Positions 1-9,321 of a stretch of DNA of 64,000 bases are shown one piece after another. The notes under the pieces are model-generated. The model was not told the DNA's origin and made no database searches. It worked only from the letters and a program-made list of their open reading frames with translations. The translations under genes and the position numbers were made by a program. Source of the stretch: Planctomycetota bacterium (lineage in GTDB: Bacteria > Planctomycetota > UBA1135 > UBA2386). The stretch spans positions 5,952,001 through 6,016,000 of the forward strand of contig OZ245838.1 in the NCBI GenBank assembly GCA_965228735.1, in the 5' to 3' direction. Each line of letters begins with the position of its first letter. The stretch's first letter is position 1.

Positions 1-788
1 TCGCTGCAGAGCACGACGAGGAGGTTGCTGACCATCTGCGCCTTGCGCTCTTCGTCGAGCTCGACGACGTCGCCCTGCTCGAGGTTGTCGATCGCCTGCT
101 GCACCATGCTCGTGGCGCCCTCGACGATACGCGTCCGCGCGTCGATGATTGCCTCCGCCTGCTGGCGCTGCAGCATCGCGCTCGCGATCTCCGGCGCGTA
201 GGCCAGGTGACTCAGTCGCGCCTCGAGCACCTCGATGCCCGCCATCTGCAGCCGCTGCTCGAGCTCGGCGAGCAGTTCGTCGTTGATCGTCGAGCTGTTG
301 CCGCGCAGCGAGACCTCGTCGTCGTTCGGCGTGTCGTAGGGGTGCACCGACGCGAGGTGGCGCACGGCCGACTCGGTCTGCACCTCGACGTAGCTCTCGT
401 GGTCTTCGACATCGAACGCCGCCTGGGCCGTGTCGCGAACGCGCCACACGACCACCGCGCCGATCTCGATCGGGTTGCCGCGCAGGTCGTTCACCTTGAG
501 CTTGTCGCTGTTGAAGTTGTGCGCGCGCAGCGAGACCGCGCGCCGAATCGTGAACGGGTTGACCCAGTAGAAGCCGGCCTGCCGCAGCGTGCCCTTGTAG
601 TTGCCGAACAGCACCGCGACCTTGGACTGGTTGGGGTTCACCAGCGTCAGCCCGATCAGGCACAGCAGCGCGATGGGGATCCCGAACACGGTCAGCGCGA
701 GGACGATGCCGGCGATCAGCATCGGGATGCCGGGCAGCGGGTCGGGATACGGGATCTCTTTGGACGGTTCTCTCGGTTGGGCGGTCAT
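1..788 (-). CDS. SPFH (band 7) domain membrane protein, 3' end runs off the window
   Basis: Not in the ORF track because it is truncated. Hand translation from ATG 788 gives [13 protein letters not shown]..., two hydrophobic segments, then [18 protein letters not shown]...[19 protein letters not shown]...[25 protein letters not shown] upstream. Confidence 0.9.
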   Translation of the reverse strand, partial: MTAQPREPSKEIPYPDPLPGIPMLIAGIVLALTVFGIPIALLCLIGLTLVNPNQSKVAVLFGNYKGTLRQAGFYWVNPFTIRRAVSLRAHNFNSDKLKVNDLRGNPIEIGAVVVWRVRDTAQAAFDVEDHESYVEVQTESAVRHLASVHPYDTPNDDEVSLRGNSSTINDELLAELEQRLQMAGIEVLEARLSHLAYAPEIASAMLQRQQAEAIIDARTRIVEGATSMVQQAIDNLEQGDVVELDEERKAQMVSNLLVVLCS

Positions 789-820
789 CGGCGTCGGGTC
801 TCCAAGTCTACGGTGCTATT

Positions 821-836
821 GCGATGATATCATCGC
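821..836. promoter_or_regulatory. Perfect 16-bp palindrome GCGATGATATCATCGC, candidate operator of the SPFH gene
   Basis: Exact dyad with an AT-rich core, about 33 bp upstream of the SPFH start in a GC-rich background. Confidence 0.6.
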
Positions 837-872
837 GATATGCATTAGTGGCCGTTCCGCCAGCCAGACTGT

Positions 873-991
873 CGTGGCGTTACCGAACCCGCTTCGAATC
901 CGCCACGGGCAGGGGGCGAAGGCCGCCGGGGGGACAGCGGGTTGCGTGGGGGGCGGGGTGGCGGATTCGAAGCGGGTTCGGTACCGCCACG
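873..991. repeat. REPIN/MITE-like element, copy 1: 34-bp inverted arms with a 51-bp spacer
   Basis: 873-906 CGTGGCGTTACCGAACCCGCTTCGAATCCGCCAC matches the reverse complement of 958-991 at 33/34 positions; a second copy lies at 5184-5296. Confidence 0.9.
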
Positions 992-994
992 CCC

Positions 995-2944
995 TCACTC
1001 GGCGTCGTGGGAGAACGGCAGGGCCTGCAAGAACTGCCGCCCGTAGGCCTTCGTCCTGGCCCGCGGATCGAGGACGACGACCTTGCCGCGGTCCTGTTCG
1101 TTGCGGATGAGGCGACCGAAGCCCTGGCGGAACCTCAGGATCGCCTCGGGCAGGGTGTGGAACGCGAACGGGTCCTTGCCCTGCTGCCGCAGGGCCGCGA
1201 GCCGGGCCTGGGTCAGGGGGTGACCCGGGTTCTGGAACGGCAATCGCGTGATCACCAGCAGGCTCAGCGCCTCGCCAGGGACATCGATGCCCTCCCAGAG
1301 GCTGTCGGTGCCGAGCAGCACCGACTCCGGGATCTCGCGCTTCTGCTGCAGCAGGCGCGCGAGCGGCGCCTCGCCCTGCACGAGCAGCGTGATGCCGTGG
1401 TATTCGAGCTCCGGTCGCAGCCGCTGCGCGAGGTCGCGCACGAACTCCCACGACGTGCACAGCACGAGTGCGGAGCCGCCGTTGTCGATCACGTGCCGCG
1501 TCGTGCGCTCCGCGACCTCGCGCCGATACGCCTGGTCCTGCTGCGTCGGGTCCGGCATCGCCTCCTCGACGACGAGCTCGACCGCGCGGTCGTAGTCGAA
1601 CGGCGAGTCGAGTCGCAGTGCCGTCGCATCGCCGATGCCGAGCTTCTCGCGGAACCAGCGGAACTCGGGATCGTCGGGGTTGCTGCCGACCGTCGCGCTG
1701 AGCAAGACACTCGTTGCTCCGCCGCCGAACAGGTGCTGCCCGAGCGTCGCGCTCACGTCGAGGGGGGCGGCGCACAGCTGCGCCCCGCGCCGCGTCGGTT
1801 CGAGCCAGCGCACGAGCGGCGTTTCGACCTCGCCCGGCCGGCACAAGGCGCGGAGGACGGAGCACAGCGAGTCGATGCCCTTGGCGCGCGCCTGCAGCTC
1901 CATGCGCAGCTCGACCTCGTCGGTGCGGCCGGACGCCGCGGCGATCTCCGTCGCGAGCGACGCGAGGATGTGGCTCAGCGGTTCGTCGATCGGCTCGCCG
2001 TGCAACGCGACGCCACCCCGATCGCGGCCCGACAGCCGCGTGCCGAGGTCCGCGAAGAACGCCTCGCTGATCTGCCACGCCTCCTGCCAGTAGAGCCTGG
2101 CCGCGGGGGAGCCGAAGCGCGCGAGCAGACTGCGTTCGCTGCGTCTGTTGTGCAGCCGCCGCAGGTGCCACTGCACCGTGCGGGCGGACAGCCGCAGCCC
2201 GAGACTCTCGGTCGCCACGCGTTCGAGGTGATGGGCCTCGTCGAAGATCACCACGCGATGCGGCGGCAGGTAGCTCGCGCCCGCGATGCGCAGCGCGAGG
2301 TCCGAGAAGTAGAGCGCGTGGTTGACGATCAGCACCTGCGCGGTCTGCATGCGCCGGCGCGCGCGTTGCCAGTGACAGCGGTCGTAGTGCTTGCACGCGC
2401 GGTGCAGACAGTTGCCGTGCTCGGCCTGCACCTCTTCCCACACCTCGGGTGCGGGCGGCGGGTCGAGCTCCAGCCGCGTGCCGTCCTGCGTCGTCGTCGA
2501 CCATTCGACGATGCGTTCGAGCTGCTGCCGGCGCTCGGGTTCGTCGAACAACCCGTTCTCCCGCCCGGCCAGCTCCTGCCGGCGCAGGCAGAGGTAGTTG
2601 TTGCGCCCGATCGCCGTGACGGACGACCACTCGAGCGGCAGCACCGCGTGCAGGAACGGCAGGTCCTTGCGTTCGAGCTGCTCCTGCAGCGCGATCGTCC
2701 GGGTCGATACGACGATCGGTCCCTGGCCCTGATGCGACGTCGCGTGGATCGCCGCGGGCACGAGGTAGGCGAACGACTTGCCCGTGCCGGTGCCGGCTTC
2801 GGCCACGAGGTGGCGGCCGCCCTCGAACGCGCCCTGCACCGCGGCCGCGAGCTCGAGCTGCTGGGGCCGGACCTCGTAGTCGTCGAGGCGGCGCGCGATC
2901 GGCCCGTCGGGGCCGAGCAGCTCGGCGGCGTCCTGGTCCATCAT
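995..2944 (-). CDS. dinG: ATP-dependent DNA helicase, DinG/YoaA family
   Basis: EAGTGTGKS Walker A, DEAHH, Fe-S cysteines (YLC, CLHRACKHYDRC), C-terminal QGFGRLIR. Start at MMDQD overlaps the upstream stop (ATGA). Confidence 0.88.
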   Translation of the reverse strand: MMDQDAAELLGPDGPIARRLDDYEVRPQQLELAAAVQGAFEGGRHLVAEAGTGTGKSFAYLVPAAIHATSHQGQGPIVVSTRTIALQEQLERKDLPFLHAVLPLEWSSVTAIGRNNYLCLRRQELAGRENGLFDEPERRQQLERIVEWSTTTQDGTRLELDPPPAPEVWEEVQAEHGNCLHRACKHYDRCHWQRARRRMQTAQVLIVNHALYFSDLALRIAGASYLPPHRVVIFDEAHHLERVATESLGLRLSARTVQWHLRRLHNRRSERSLLARFGSPAARLYWQEAWQISEAFFADLGTRLSGRDRGGVALHGEPIDEPLSHILASLATEIAAASGRTDEVELRMELQARAKGIDSLCSVLRALCRPGEVETPLVRWLEPTRRGAQLCAAPLDVSATLGQHLFGGGATSVLLSATVGSNPDDPEFRWFREKLGIGDATALRLDSPFDYDRAVELVVEEAMPDPTQQDQAYRREVAERTTRHVIDNGGSALVLCTSWEFVRDLAQRLRPELEYHGITLLVQGEAPLARLLQQKREIPESVLLGTDSLWEGIDVPGEALSLLVITRLPFQNPGHPLTQARLAALRQQGKDPFAFHTLPEAILRFRQGFGRLIRNEQDRGKVVVLDPRARTKAYGRQFLQALPFSHDAE

Positions 2945-3768
2945 CCGATCTGCTCCAGGTCTTCGGTCCTCGTCGTTTGCGGCAGGAAGTCGCGCGCGAG
3001 CACCATGCGGTTCCACTGCGGCAGCTGCCGGTCGTGCAGCACGGGCAGCGGCTCGAACCAACCCGTGTGCATCTGATGCTGCGCCTGCATGCCGATCGTG
3101 CTGCGCGCGCGGATCCAGTGCCGGCCGCGTCGCAGCACCGCGCGATGATCGCGGAACTCGTAGGTGATGCGCAGTGACTCGGGCAGCATCCAGCGGATCG
3201 GTTCGACGTTGCTGATGGTGCCCGTCGACACGTCGCCGTGCACGAGCACGCGGCGCAGCTGGAACGCGCCGACCACCCAGCCGCACAGCAGGAACAGGCC
3301 GGGCACGACCGTCATGCCGAACCAGAACTGCGGGCGCAGGAGCACGAAGTCGAAGTGCAGCGTGCCGCCGGCGACGCGGTTGGCGTTCGGCGGGTGCGGC
3401 ACGACCTCGAGGTCGACGTTCTGGCCGAGCGACACCGTGCCCTCGTGGACGAGCGAGAAGCCCGTGAGGTCGTTGCCGCCGTACTCGAACGTGTACTTCA
3501 CGCGGTGCCACCGACTGCCGCCCGGGCCGTTGAAGACGATCGGCTCGATCTCGGTGATCACACCGACGGCCGAATCGTTGGGGCCGCGGTTGAGCCGGGC
3601 CTCTTCGCTCGGCTTCGCGCCCGACGCGAGGAACAGCATCCACGAGAACAGACCGCCGAAGGCTGCGAGGAACAGGCCGAGTGCCGCCATCGGCCAGCGG
3701 TGCGCGAGGATCGGACCGGACCGCACCCGTCGCGGGGCCGCCGGGATGTTGCGCACCTCATGCTTCAT
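2941..3768 (-). CDS. Hypothetical membrane protein (DUF3592-like, two TM segments)
   Basis: Two hydrophobic helices, each followed by a G-x-I-x-x-[IV]-E-P...Y-x-F beta-rich unit; coupled to dinG. Confidence 0.6.
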   Translation of the reverse strand: MKHEVRNIPAAPRRVRSGPILAHRWPMAALGLFLAAFGGLFSWMLFLASGAKPSEEARLNRGPNDSAVGVITEIEPIVFNGPGGSRWHRVKYTFEYGGNDLTGFSLVHEGTVSLGQNVDLEVVPHPPNANRVAGGTLHFDFVLLRPQFWFGMTVVPGLFLLCGWVVGAFQLRRVLVHGDVSTGTISNVEPIRWMLPESLRITYEFRDHRAVLRRGRHWIRARSTIGMQAQHQMHTGWFEPLPVLHDRQLPQWNRMVLARDFLPQTTRTEDLEQIG

Positions 3769-3905
3769 CGAACAGCCAACTACACCAGTCCGGGCCAGCG
3801 CCGTCGAGATCCGAGGAAGCTCCGGCGATCGGCGCGGACCTGGCAATCACCCGGCACCGGCGCGCTCCCTGCCAGCATCTGCCGAAGACCTCAGGAGATC
3901 TCCAC

Positions 3906-5177
3906 ATGCGTTCGCGATCGTTCGTCGCGGCTGCCCTGCCGCTGCTCGTCTCGCTCCTCGCCGCGCCCGCCATGGCGCAGCTCGAACACCAGCTCGCCGG
4001 CCTCACGCGCAGCACGTCGGCCCTGCGCTTCCAGGGTGCCAATTGTTCGCCGGTCAATGCGGGCTGCACCACCAACCTGCCGGCGACGTCGGAGCCGTGG
4101 TCCGGCGGCACGGGTTACGACGCGACGAGCGGCGCGTTCTGGGTCAGCAACGGCGCACTGCTGGCGCGGGTCTCGGCCCGCGGTTGCCAGGTCCAGTGCG
4201 GACCCTACCTGCCGCCCGTGCTCGGGAACGCGACCGTGACGGGCATCGAGGTGCTCGAGCTCGGCAACGAGCTGCTGCTCATCGATAGCCGCGGCGTGCT
4301 CAACACGCTGTCACTGAACGGCAGCTGCCAGTCGCCGCAGCTCACGTCGACGTGCGGCACGGGCCTCGCTCGCCAGGGCTCGCAGGTGACCTCCGGGCTC
4401 GCGGCGGACGAGGCGCGTGACCTCGTGTTCGTCAGCTACACCGACTTCTCGACGGGGGGCAACGAGATCGCGATCATCCACAAGCCGACGAGTTGCATGC
4501 CGTTCATCCGCACGCCGCTGCCGAACTGCGGGCTGGCCGGGTTCGGTGCCTGCCGCGGCCTCGCGATCGACTCGTGCCGCCGCACGCTCTACGCCACGGA
4601 CGGCCTGCGGCTGCTGCGCGCGCGCTACACGTTCGATCCCTCGACGATGAGCGTCCTCTGGGGACCGGTCAGCTGCTGCCCGCTGCTGACGACCAACCTC
4701 GATCCCTACGTCGGTCTCGCGCTGCGACCCAACCCCGGGCGGCCCGTGGGGCAGCCGTGCAACAACGGCTCGTGCCTGCCGTGCCCGATGCGGCATCAGC
4801 TGCTGACGGGGCCCGTGCTCGGCAACTCCAACCTGCTGTTCGCGCTCGACGATGCGCAGGACAACTCGTGGACCTGGCTCGGTCTCGGCTTCGGCCACTG
4901 CCGCCCGATCGGCCCGACGATCGCGCCGCTGTGCGGGCCGATCCTGCTCGGTGGCTTCTCCGCTGCGACCCCGCCGCTCGTCGCCGGGCCGTTCCCGGTC
5001 AACGGCGCGGGCCCGTGCAACGGCTCGACGACGGTCGTCGTCGACTTCCCCTACGACCCCGCCTTCTGCAACACGGACTGGTCGTCGCAGTTCATCTCGC
5101 TGTGCTTCCAGAACCCGACGGCGCCGTACGGCACCGCGATCAGCAACTGCCTGAGCTGGACGGTGATCACACCGTGA
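3906..5177 (+). CDS. Secreted Cys-rich protein (propeller-like repeats plus shared C-terminal module)
   Basis: AGGAGA RBS, signal peptide ending AMA-Q, GLAxD-type repeats, about 20 Cys, C-terminus ...SSQF...GTAISNCLSWTVITP. Confidence 0.8.
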   Translation: MRSRSFVAAALPLLVSLLAAPAMAQLEHQLAGLTRSTSALRFQGANCSPVNAGCTTNLPATSEPWSGGTGYDATSGAFWVSNGALLARVSARGCQVQCGPYLPPVLGNATVTGIEVLELGNELLLIDSRGVLNTLSLNGSCQSPQLTSTCGTGLARQGSQVTSGLAADEARDLVFVSYTDFSTGGNEIAIIHKPTSCMPFIRTPLPNCGLAGFGACRGLAIDSCRRTLYATDGLRLLRARYTFDPSTMSVLWGPVSCCPLLTTNLDPYVGLALRPNPGRPVGQPCNNGSCLPCPMRHQLLTGPVLGNSNLLFALDDAQDNSWTWLGLGFGHCRPIGPTIAPLCGPILLGGFSAATPPLVAGPFPVNGAGPCNGSTTVVVDFPYDPAFCNTDWSSQFISLCFQNPTAPYGTAISNCLSWTVITP

Positions 5178-5183
5178 CGGCAA

Positions 5184-5309
5184 GGCGGTACCGAAACCGT
5201 TTCGAAGCCGCCACGCGCCGATGCCGACGAACTGCTGGTGGTGGCGTGGTTGGGTTGGGGGCGGGGTGGCGGATTTGAAGCGGGTTCGGTACCGCCAGGC
5301 GGTACCGCC
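5184..5309. repeat. REPIN/MITE-like element, copy 2, with an extra GGCGGTACCGCC palindrome
   Basis: Arms 5184-5214 and 5266-5296 are 27/31 complementary, with a 51-bp spacer and the same arm sequence as copy 1. A 12-bp palindrome follows at 5298-5309. Lies between convergent genes. Confidence 0.85.
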
Positions 5310-5315
5310 ATGGCA

Positions 5316-6587
5316 CTACCACTTCGGTGGTGGGTCGCGGCGTTCGCAGGCGGCCAGGCGGCGCAGCAGGAGGCGCCGTTCGGGTTCGGACGAAGGCAGC
5401 GTGAGCGCGTGTTCGAGCGCGGCGCGGGCGGCTTCGTGGTCGCCGTTCTGCCAGTGCAGTTGGGCGATCGTCGCGGGGAGCAGGAAGTAGTTCTTCAGCG
5501 CCTTGTCCGTGCGCAGTTCTTCGATCGCGGCGAGGGCGGCGCTGCTGCCGTGGACCTTGCCGATCGCGACCGCGCGGTTGAGACGAACGATCGGTGACGG
5601 GTTGAGCTGCTGCAGGCGGTCGTATTCGGTCAGGATGCGCGCCCAGTCCGTCGCCTCGAAGTCGGGCGTCGCCGCGTGCACGGACGCGATCGCGGCTTCG
5701 CAGTGATACGAGGTGATCACGTCGCCGCCGATCGACTGCCGGAAGTGTTCGAACCCGAGCGTGACCCAGTTGCCGAGCCAGCGGCTGCGGTCCTGTTCGG
5801 CGAGCGTCAGCAGTTCGCCATCGTCGGTGCGGGCGGGCAGTCGGGCGCCGAGGAAGAGCATGAGCGCGAGCAGCGCGTGAGTGCGCGGCAATGCCGTGCC
5901 CGGCAGCTCGAGCAGCAGCGCGGCCAGGCGAACCGCCTCCTCGACGAGGCCGCGATCGACGAGCTCGCTGCCGCGGTGTGCCCGGTAGCCCTCGTTGAAC
6001 ATCAGATAGATCACCTGCAGAACGAGGTCGAGACGGGCCGGCAGCTCGTCCTCGGGTGGCAGCTCGAACACCGCGTCGATCTGCTGCAGCTTGTTCTTCG
6101 CGCGCACGATGCGCTGCGCGATCGTCGGCTCCTTCTGCAGCAGCGCCGCGGCGATCGCGGGCACACCAAAGCCGCAGACCGTCTTGAGGATGAGCGGCAC
6201 GCGCGCGTCGGGCGGCACCTCGGGATGGCTGCAGAGGAACAGCATCCGCAGCGTGTCGTCCGCGATGAGCTCGCGATCGGCGGCCGGGTCCTGGCCCTGG
6301 TCCTGCGCCGCCCACGCTTCGAGCTCGTTCTCGACGCGCGCCGCGATCTTCTGGCGGCGCAGGTTGTCGAGCGCGAGATTGCGCGCGACGCGGAACACCC
6401 AAGCCTCCGGGTTGTCCGGCACACCCTCCGCCGGCCACGACCGCAGCGCGCGCACGAGCGCCTCCTGCACCACGTCCTCGACGAGTTCGATCCGCCGCGG
6501 CGAGAGCACGCGGCAGAGGCTCGCGACCATCCGGCCGTAGCGATGCCGAAACAGGTCGTCGACGAGCGTGGGCAGGTCGGCCGCCAC
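5316..6587 (-). CDS. ECF sigma factor with long C-terminal DUF6596/TPR-like extension (ECF42-like)
   Basis: EDVVQEAL...WP..GVPDNPEAW sigma2, LRMLFLCSHP, IAQRIVRAK sigma4, VIYLMFNEGY, LNRAVA; adjacent to YciI. Confidence 0.92.
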   Translation of the reverse strand: MAADLPTLVDDLFRHRYGRMVASLCRVLSPRRIELVEDVVQEALVRALRSWPAEGVPDNPEAWVFRVARNLALDNLRRQKIAARVENELEAWAAQDQGQDPAADRELIADDTLRMLFLCSHPEVPPDARVPLILKTVCGFGVPAIAAALLQKEPTIAQRIVRAKNKLQQIDAVFELPPEDELPARLDLVLQVIYLMFNEGYRAHRGSELVDRGLVEEAVRLAALLLELPGTALPRTHALLALMLFLGARLPARTDDGELLTLAEQDRSRWLGNWVTLGFEHFRQSIGGDVITSYHCEAAIASVHAATPDFEATDWARILTEYDRLQQLNPSPIVRLNRAVAIGKVHGSSAALAAIEELRTDKALKNYFLLPATIAQLHWQNGDHEAARAALEHALTLPSSEPERRLLLRRLAACERRDPPPKW

Positions 6588-6593
6588 GAAGGC

Positions 6594-6962
6594 CTACTCC
6601 TCCGGGCCGCCGAGGAAGTCGAGTTCGCGGATCTCGATGCTGCCGAAGCGGAAGTTCGGGTGGCCTTCGCAGAGCTGGGCCGCGTGATCGTAGCTGTCGG
6701 CCTCGAGCACGTAGATGCCGCCGACGACCTCCTTGGTCTCGACGTACGGGCCGTCCTTGATCTCGACCTTGCCACCGTCATGCGGCTGCATGACCTTGCC
6801 GCCCTGGTCCGTGAGCTTGTTGCCGAGCTGCAGCCGGCCTTCCTTCGTCATCTTCTCGCCCCAGTCGTTGTAGGCCTGCAGGATCTCCTGGAAGTCCTGG
6901 GGGGTGAACTTGCTGTAGTCCATCGTGACGTCGGCGCGCAGAATCAGCATGAACTTGGTCAT
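6594..6962 (-). CDS. YciI/DGPF family protein
   Basis: KDGPYVETKEVVGGIYVLEA and IEIRE motifs; AGGAG RBS; directly upstream of the ECF42-like sigma. Confidence 0.9.
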   Translation of the reverse strand: MTKFMLILRADVTMDYSKFTPQDFQEILQAYNDWGEKMTKEGRLQLGNKLTDQGGKVMQPHDGGKVEIKDGPYVETKEVVGGIYVLEADSYDHAAQLCEGHPNFRFGSIEIRELDFLGGPEE

Positions 6963-7033
6963 CGGTCGGTCTCCTGATGAGAGGGCTGTCGAGGGGTAAT
7001 GGAACGGGCTCGGCCGCCCGATTGCACCCGCCT

Positions 7034-7060
7034 GACGAACGGTCCGGTCCACGATCGACC
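7034..7060 (-). promoter_or_regulatory. Candidate ECF42-type promoter GGTCGA-N17-CGTC
   Basis: Minus strand reads GGTCGAtcgtggaccggaccgttCGTC upstream of yciI-ecf; resembles the ECF42 consensus as I recall it (TGTCGA / CGTC). Confidence 0.55.
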
Positions 7061-7083
7061 GCGGAGTCGGAAAAAATGTCGGA

Positions 7084-9078
7084 TCAGCGCGGATCGAACC
7101 GGATCCGGTCCACGACCACCGGCAGGTCGGCGGCCTCCGGCACGGTCACGACGAGATCCATGCCAGCGCCGCCGGCCACCCGCGTCGGGCGCAACTCGAG
7201 CCGCACGGCGGCATCGGCGGGTTCGAACGCGATGTCGAACGCACGGTCCGTCGGCAGCGGCAGGGCCTCGACCACGAAGCGGCCGGTCGCATCGAAGCGG
7301 GCCGCTACCGCGCCGTTGGCCCGCCGGACCCCGACCGCGCGCTGCGCTTCGGCCCAGCCGAGCATCGCCGCGGCAGCCGCGAGGCGGTCCGGTGTAGGCG
7401 GTGGCGGGTCCGGTTCGTAGCGGTGGAACGGCACGGGTTGCCGATGGCAGCCGAGCAGGTAGCCCGGCAGCTCGAAGGCTCCCGAGTTGCCGATCGCGCG
7501 CAGGCCGACGCGTCCTCCGAGTCGGACCCACAGCGTGACCTCGAGGTCGCGTTCGCCCTCGCCGCGCACCGCGACCGGCCCCGTGCGACAGATGACGCAG
7601 CGATAGTCGCGCAGGAAGCGCGGGTCCCGCTCCATCTGCCACGCGCCGGGCCAGCGCGGCGATGGTTCGCCGGTCGGCGACGCGAAGAGCACGAGGTCGG
7701 GCGCCCGATCGAGAACATACTCGCCGTCGCCGCGTGAGTGCCCCGGGATCACGTGATCGGGGGCCGGCAGCGGTGCCCGCGCGATGTGTCGGTCGTTGAG
7801 CCCGAGCATGTCGAGGCACCGTAGCCCGCTGTAGAACGGCACGCCGCCGGCCGCGTCGAGCGCGAGCAACGGTCGGTCGTCGCCGAACGCCGCCGCGAGC
7901 CAGCGCCCGACCGGTTCGCCGCGCCACTCCCAGTCGGAGATCTGCTGATACGGATCTTCGGGATCGAGCGTTCGATCGACGAGCGCCAGGCCCACGCCGA
8001 ACACCGCCGCGATCGCCGCGAGAACCTGACCGACGCCGCGTTGCGCGAGCAGCGCGAAGCCGAGTCCGGCGACGAGCGCGAGCGGGCCGAACGTCGGCAG
8101 CACGAGGCGACAGAGCGGGAACAGATCGCCGCCGACACTCGCGGTGTAGCCCGAGAAGACCGCGACGAAGCCGAGGACGAGCAGTGCGAACGGACGCGCG
8201 CGGCGGTGCGTGAGGCTCACGACGACGCCGATCGCGGCCGGCACCAGCAGGCCGCGCAGCACGCTCTCACAGCTCTTCAGATACTCCCAGCCGAGCGCGA
8301 AGCTCGCGGCCGAGGTGCCGACCTTGGCGTGGGCGGTGTTGGGCACGTAGTCACCGTGATAGAGCAGGCGAAACGCCAGCTGCGCCAGCACCGCGAACGC
8401 GACGGGCAGCCCGATGACCGCGCTCGTGCGCCAGCGATCGCGGCGCACGAACATCGCGACGGTCAGCGCGGCGAGGACACCCGCGAGCGGGCCGTCGGGC
8501 CGGGTCCAGGCGAGCAGCGCGAACGCGATCCCCGCGAGCCACGCCGCGTGGCGCGGGGATTCGGGGCCGTCGCGGTTCCAGAGCACGCGCCCGGTGCCCG
8601 CGAACCCGACGGTCGTGAGCAGCAACGCCAGCGGCATTTCGAGGCCGCCGATCGCCCAGAGCGCGATGGGCGCCAGCGCCGCGACGACGAGCGCCATCGC
8701 GCCCGGGGCGAGCTCGCAGCGCCGATGCCGTTCTACGTCGGCCAGCGGCCAACTCGTGAACGCGAGCACCGCGACGGTCGCGAAGGTCGCCGCGATTCCG
8801 AGTCCGCGCACGATTGCCACCCAGTCGAGGCCGAACGGCCGGCAGAGGACCGTGAGCAGGATCCACAGCAGGTTCGAGTAGCCCTCGACGGCTTCGCCAT
8901 CGTTCCACGTCAGCCCGTCGCCGCGGGCCAGGCGCTCGGCGTAACGCAGCGAAATGAACGCGTCGTCCGAGATCCACGGCCAGAATCCCGCGATGCCGGT
9001 CCCGAGCAGCACCGTCCCGATCGCGAGGTATATGACCCGGGCGAGGTTGCGGCTGGTCGGGAGGGCGCTGCGCTTCAC
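7084..9078 (-). CDS. Multi-pass membrane glycosyltransferase-like protein (GT-C fold, AftB-like)
   Basis: DDAFISLRYA...GEAVEGYSNLLW, GLEMPL, TRPDG, YHGDYVPNTAHAK, DMLGLND motifs and many TM helices; GTG start assumed. Confidence 0.75.
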   Translation of the reverse strand: MKRSALPTSRNLARVIYLAIGTVLLGTGIAGFWPWISDDAFISLRYAERLARGDGLTWNDGEAVEGYSNLLWILLTVLCRPFGLDWVAIVRGLGIAATFATVAVLAFTSWPLADVERHRRCELAPGAMALVVAALAPIALWAIGGLEMPLALLLTTVGFAGTGRVLWNRDGPESPRHAAWLAGIAFALLAWTRPDGPLAGVLAALTVAMFVRRDRWRTSAVIGLPVAFAVLAQLAFRLLYHGDYVPNTAHAKVGTSAASFALGWEYLKSCESVLRGLLVPAAIGVVVSLTHRRARPFALLVLGFVAVFSGYTASVGGDLFPLCRLVLPTFGPLALVAGLGFALLAQRGVGQVLAAIAAVFGVGLALVDRTLDPEDPYQQISDWEWRGEPVGRWLAAAFGDDRPLLALDAAGGVPFYSGLRCLDMLGLNDRHIARAPLPAPDHVIPGHSRGDGEYVLDRAPDLVLFASPTGEPSPRWPGAWQMERDPRFLRDYRCVICRTGPVAVRGEGERDLEVTLWVRLGGRVGLRAIGNSGAFELPGYLLGCHRQPVPFHRYEPDPPPPTPDRLAAAAAMLGWAEAQRAVGVRRANGAVAARFDATGRFVVEALPLPTDRAFDIAFEPADAAVRLELRPTRVAGGAGMDLVVTVPEAADLPVVVDRIRFDPR

Positions 9079-9321
9079 GTTCGGCAACCTACCGAGGCGT
9101 GGGCCCGCTGTCGCCGCTCGACCGGCCCAGGGGCGCGACCCGGTGGTCCGTGGCCGGGTGGCCGGTCGGGCGCAAAGCTCAGGTCGCGCCGCGAAATCGG
9201 GGATCCTGCTGGGGCCTTCCGCTCGTCTATCATGCGTCGAGTCCCGCGACGCTCCGTGCCCTCGGATTCCCCGCGTCGCCCTCGTCTCCTGCAACTGCGC
9301 CGCTCCCAGGGCGCCCGACCC

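Noticed and set aside
873..991. tRNA-like reading of the GGTTCG/TTCGAATCC words in the repeat arms
   Set aside because: No cloverleaf or anticodon arm can be built; the structure is a single long inverted repeat
995..2944. DinG as part of a type IV CRISPR or defence system
   Set aside because: It has the Fe-S cysteines of housekeeping DinG/YoaA and no cas or defence neighbours
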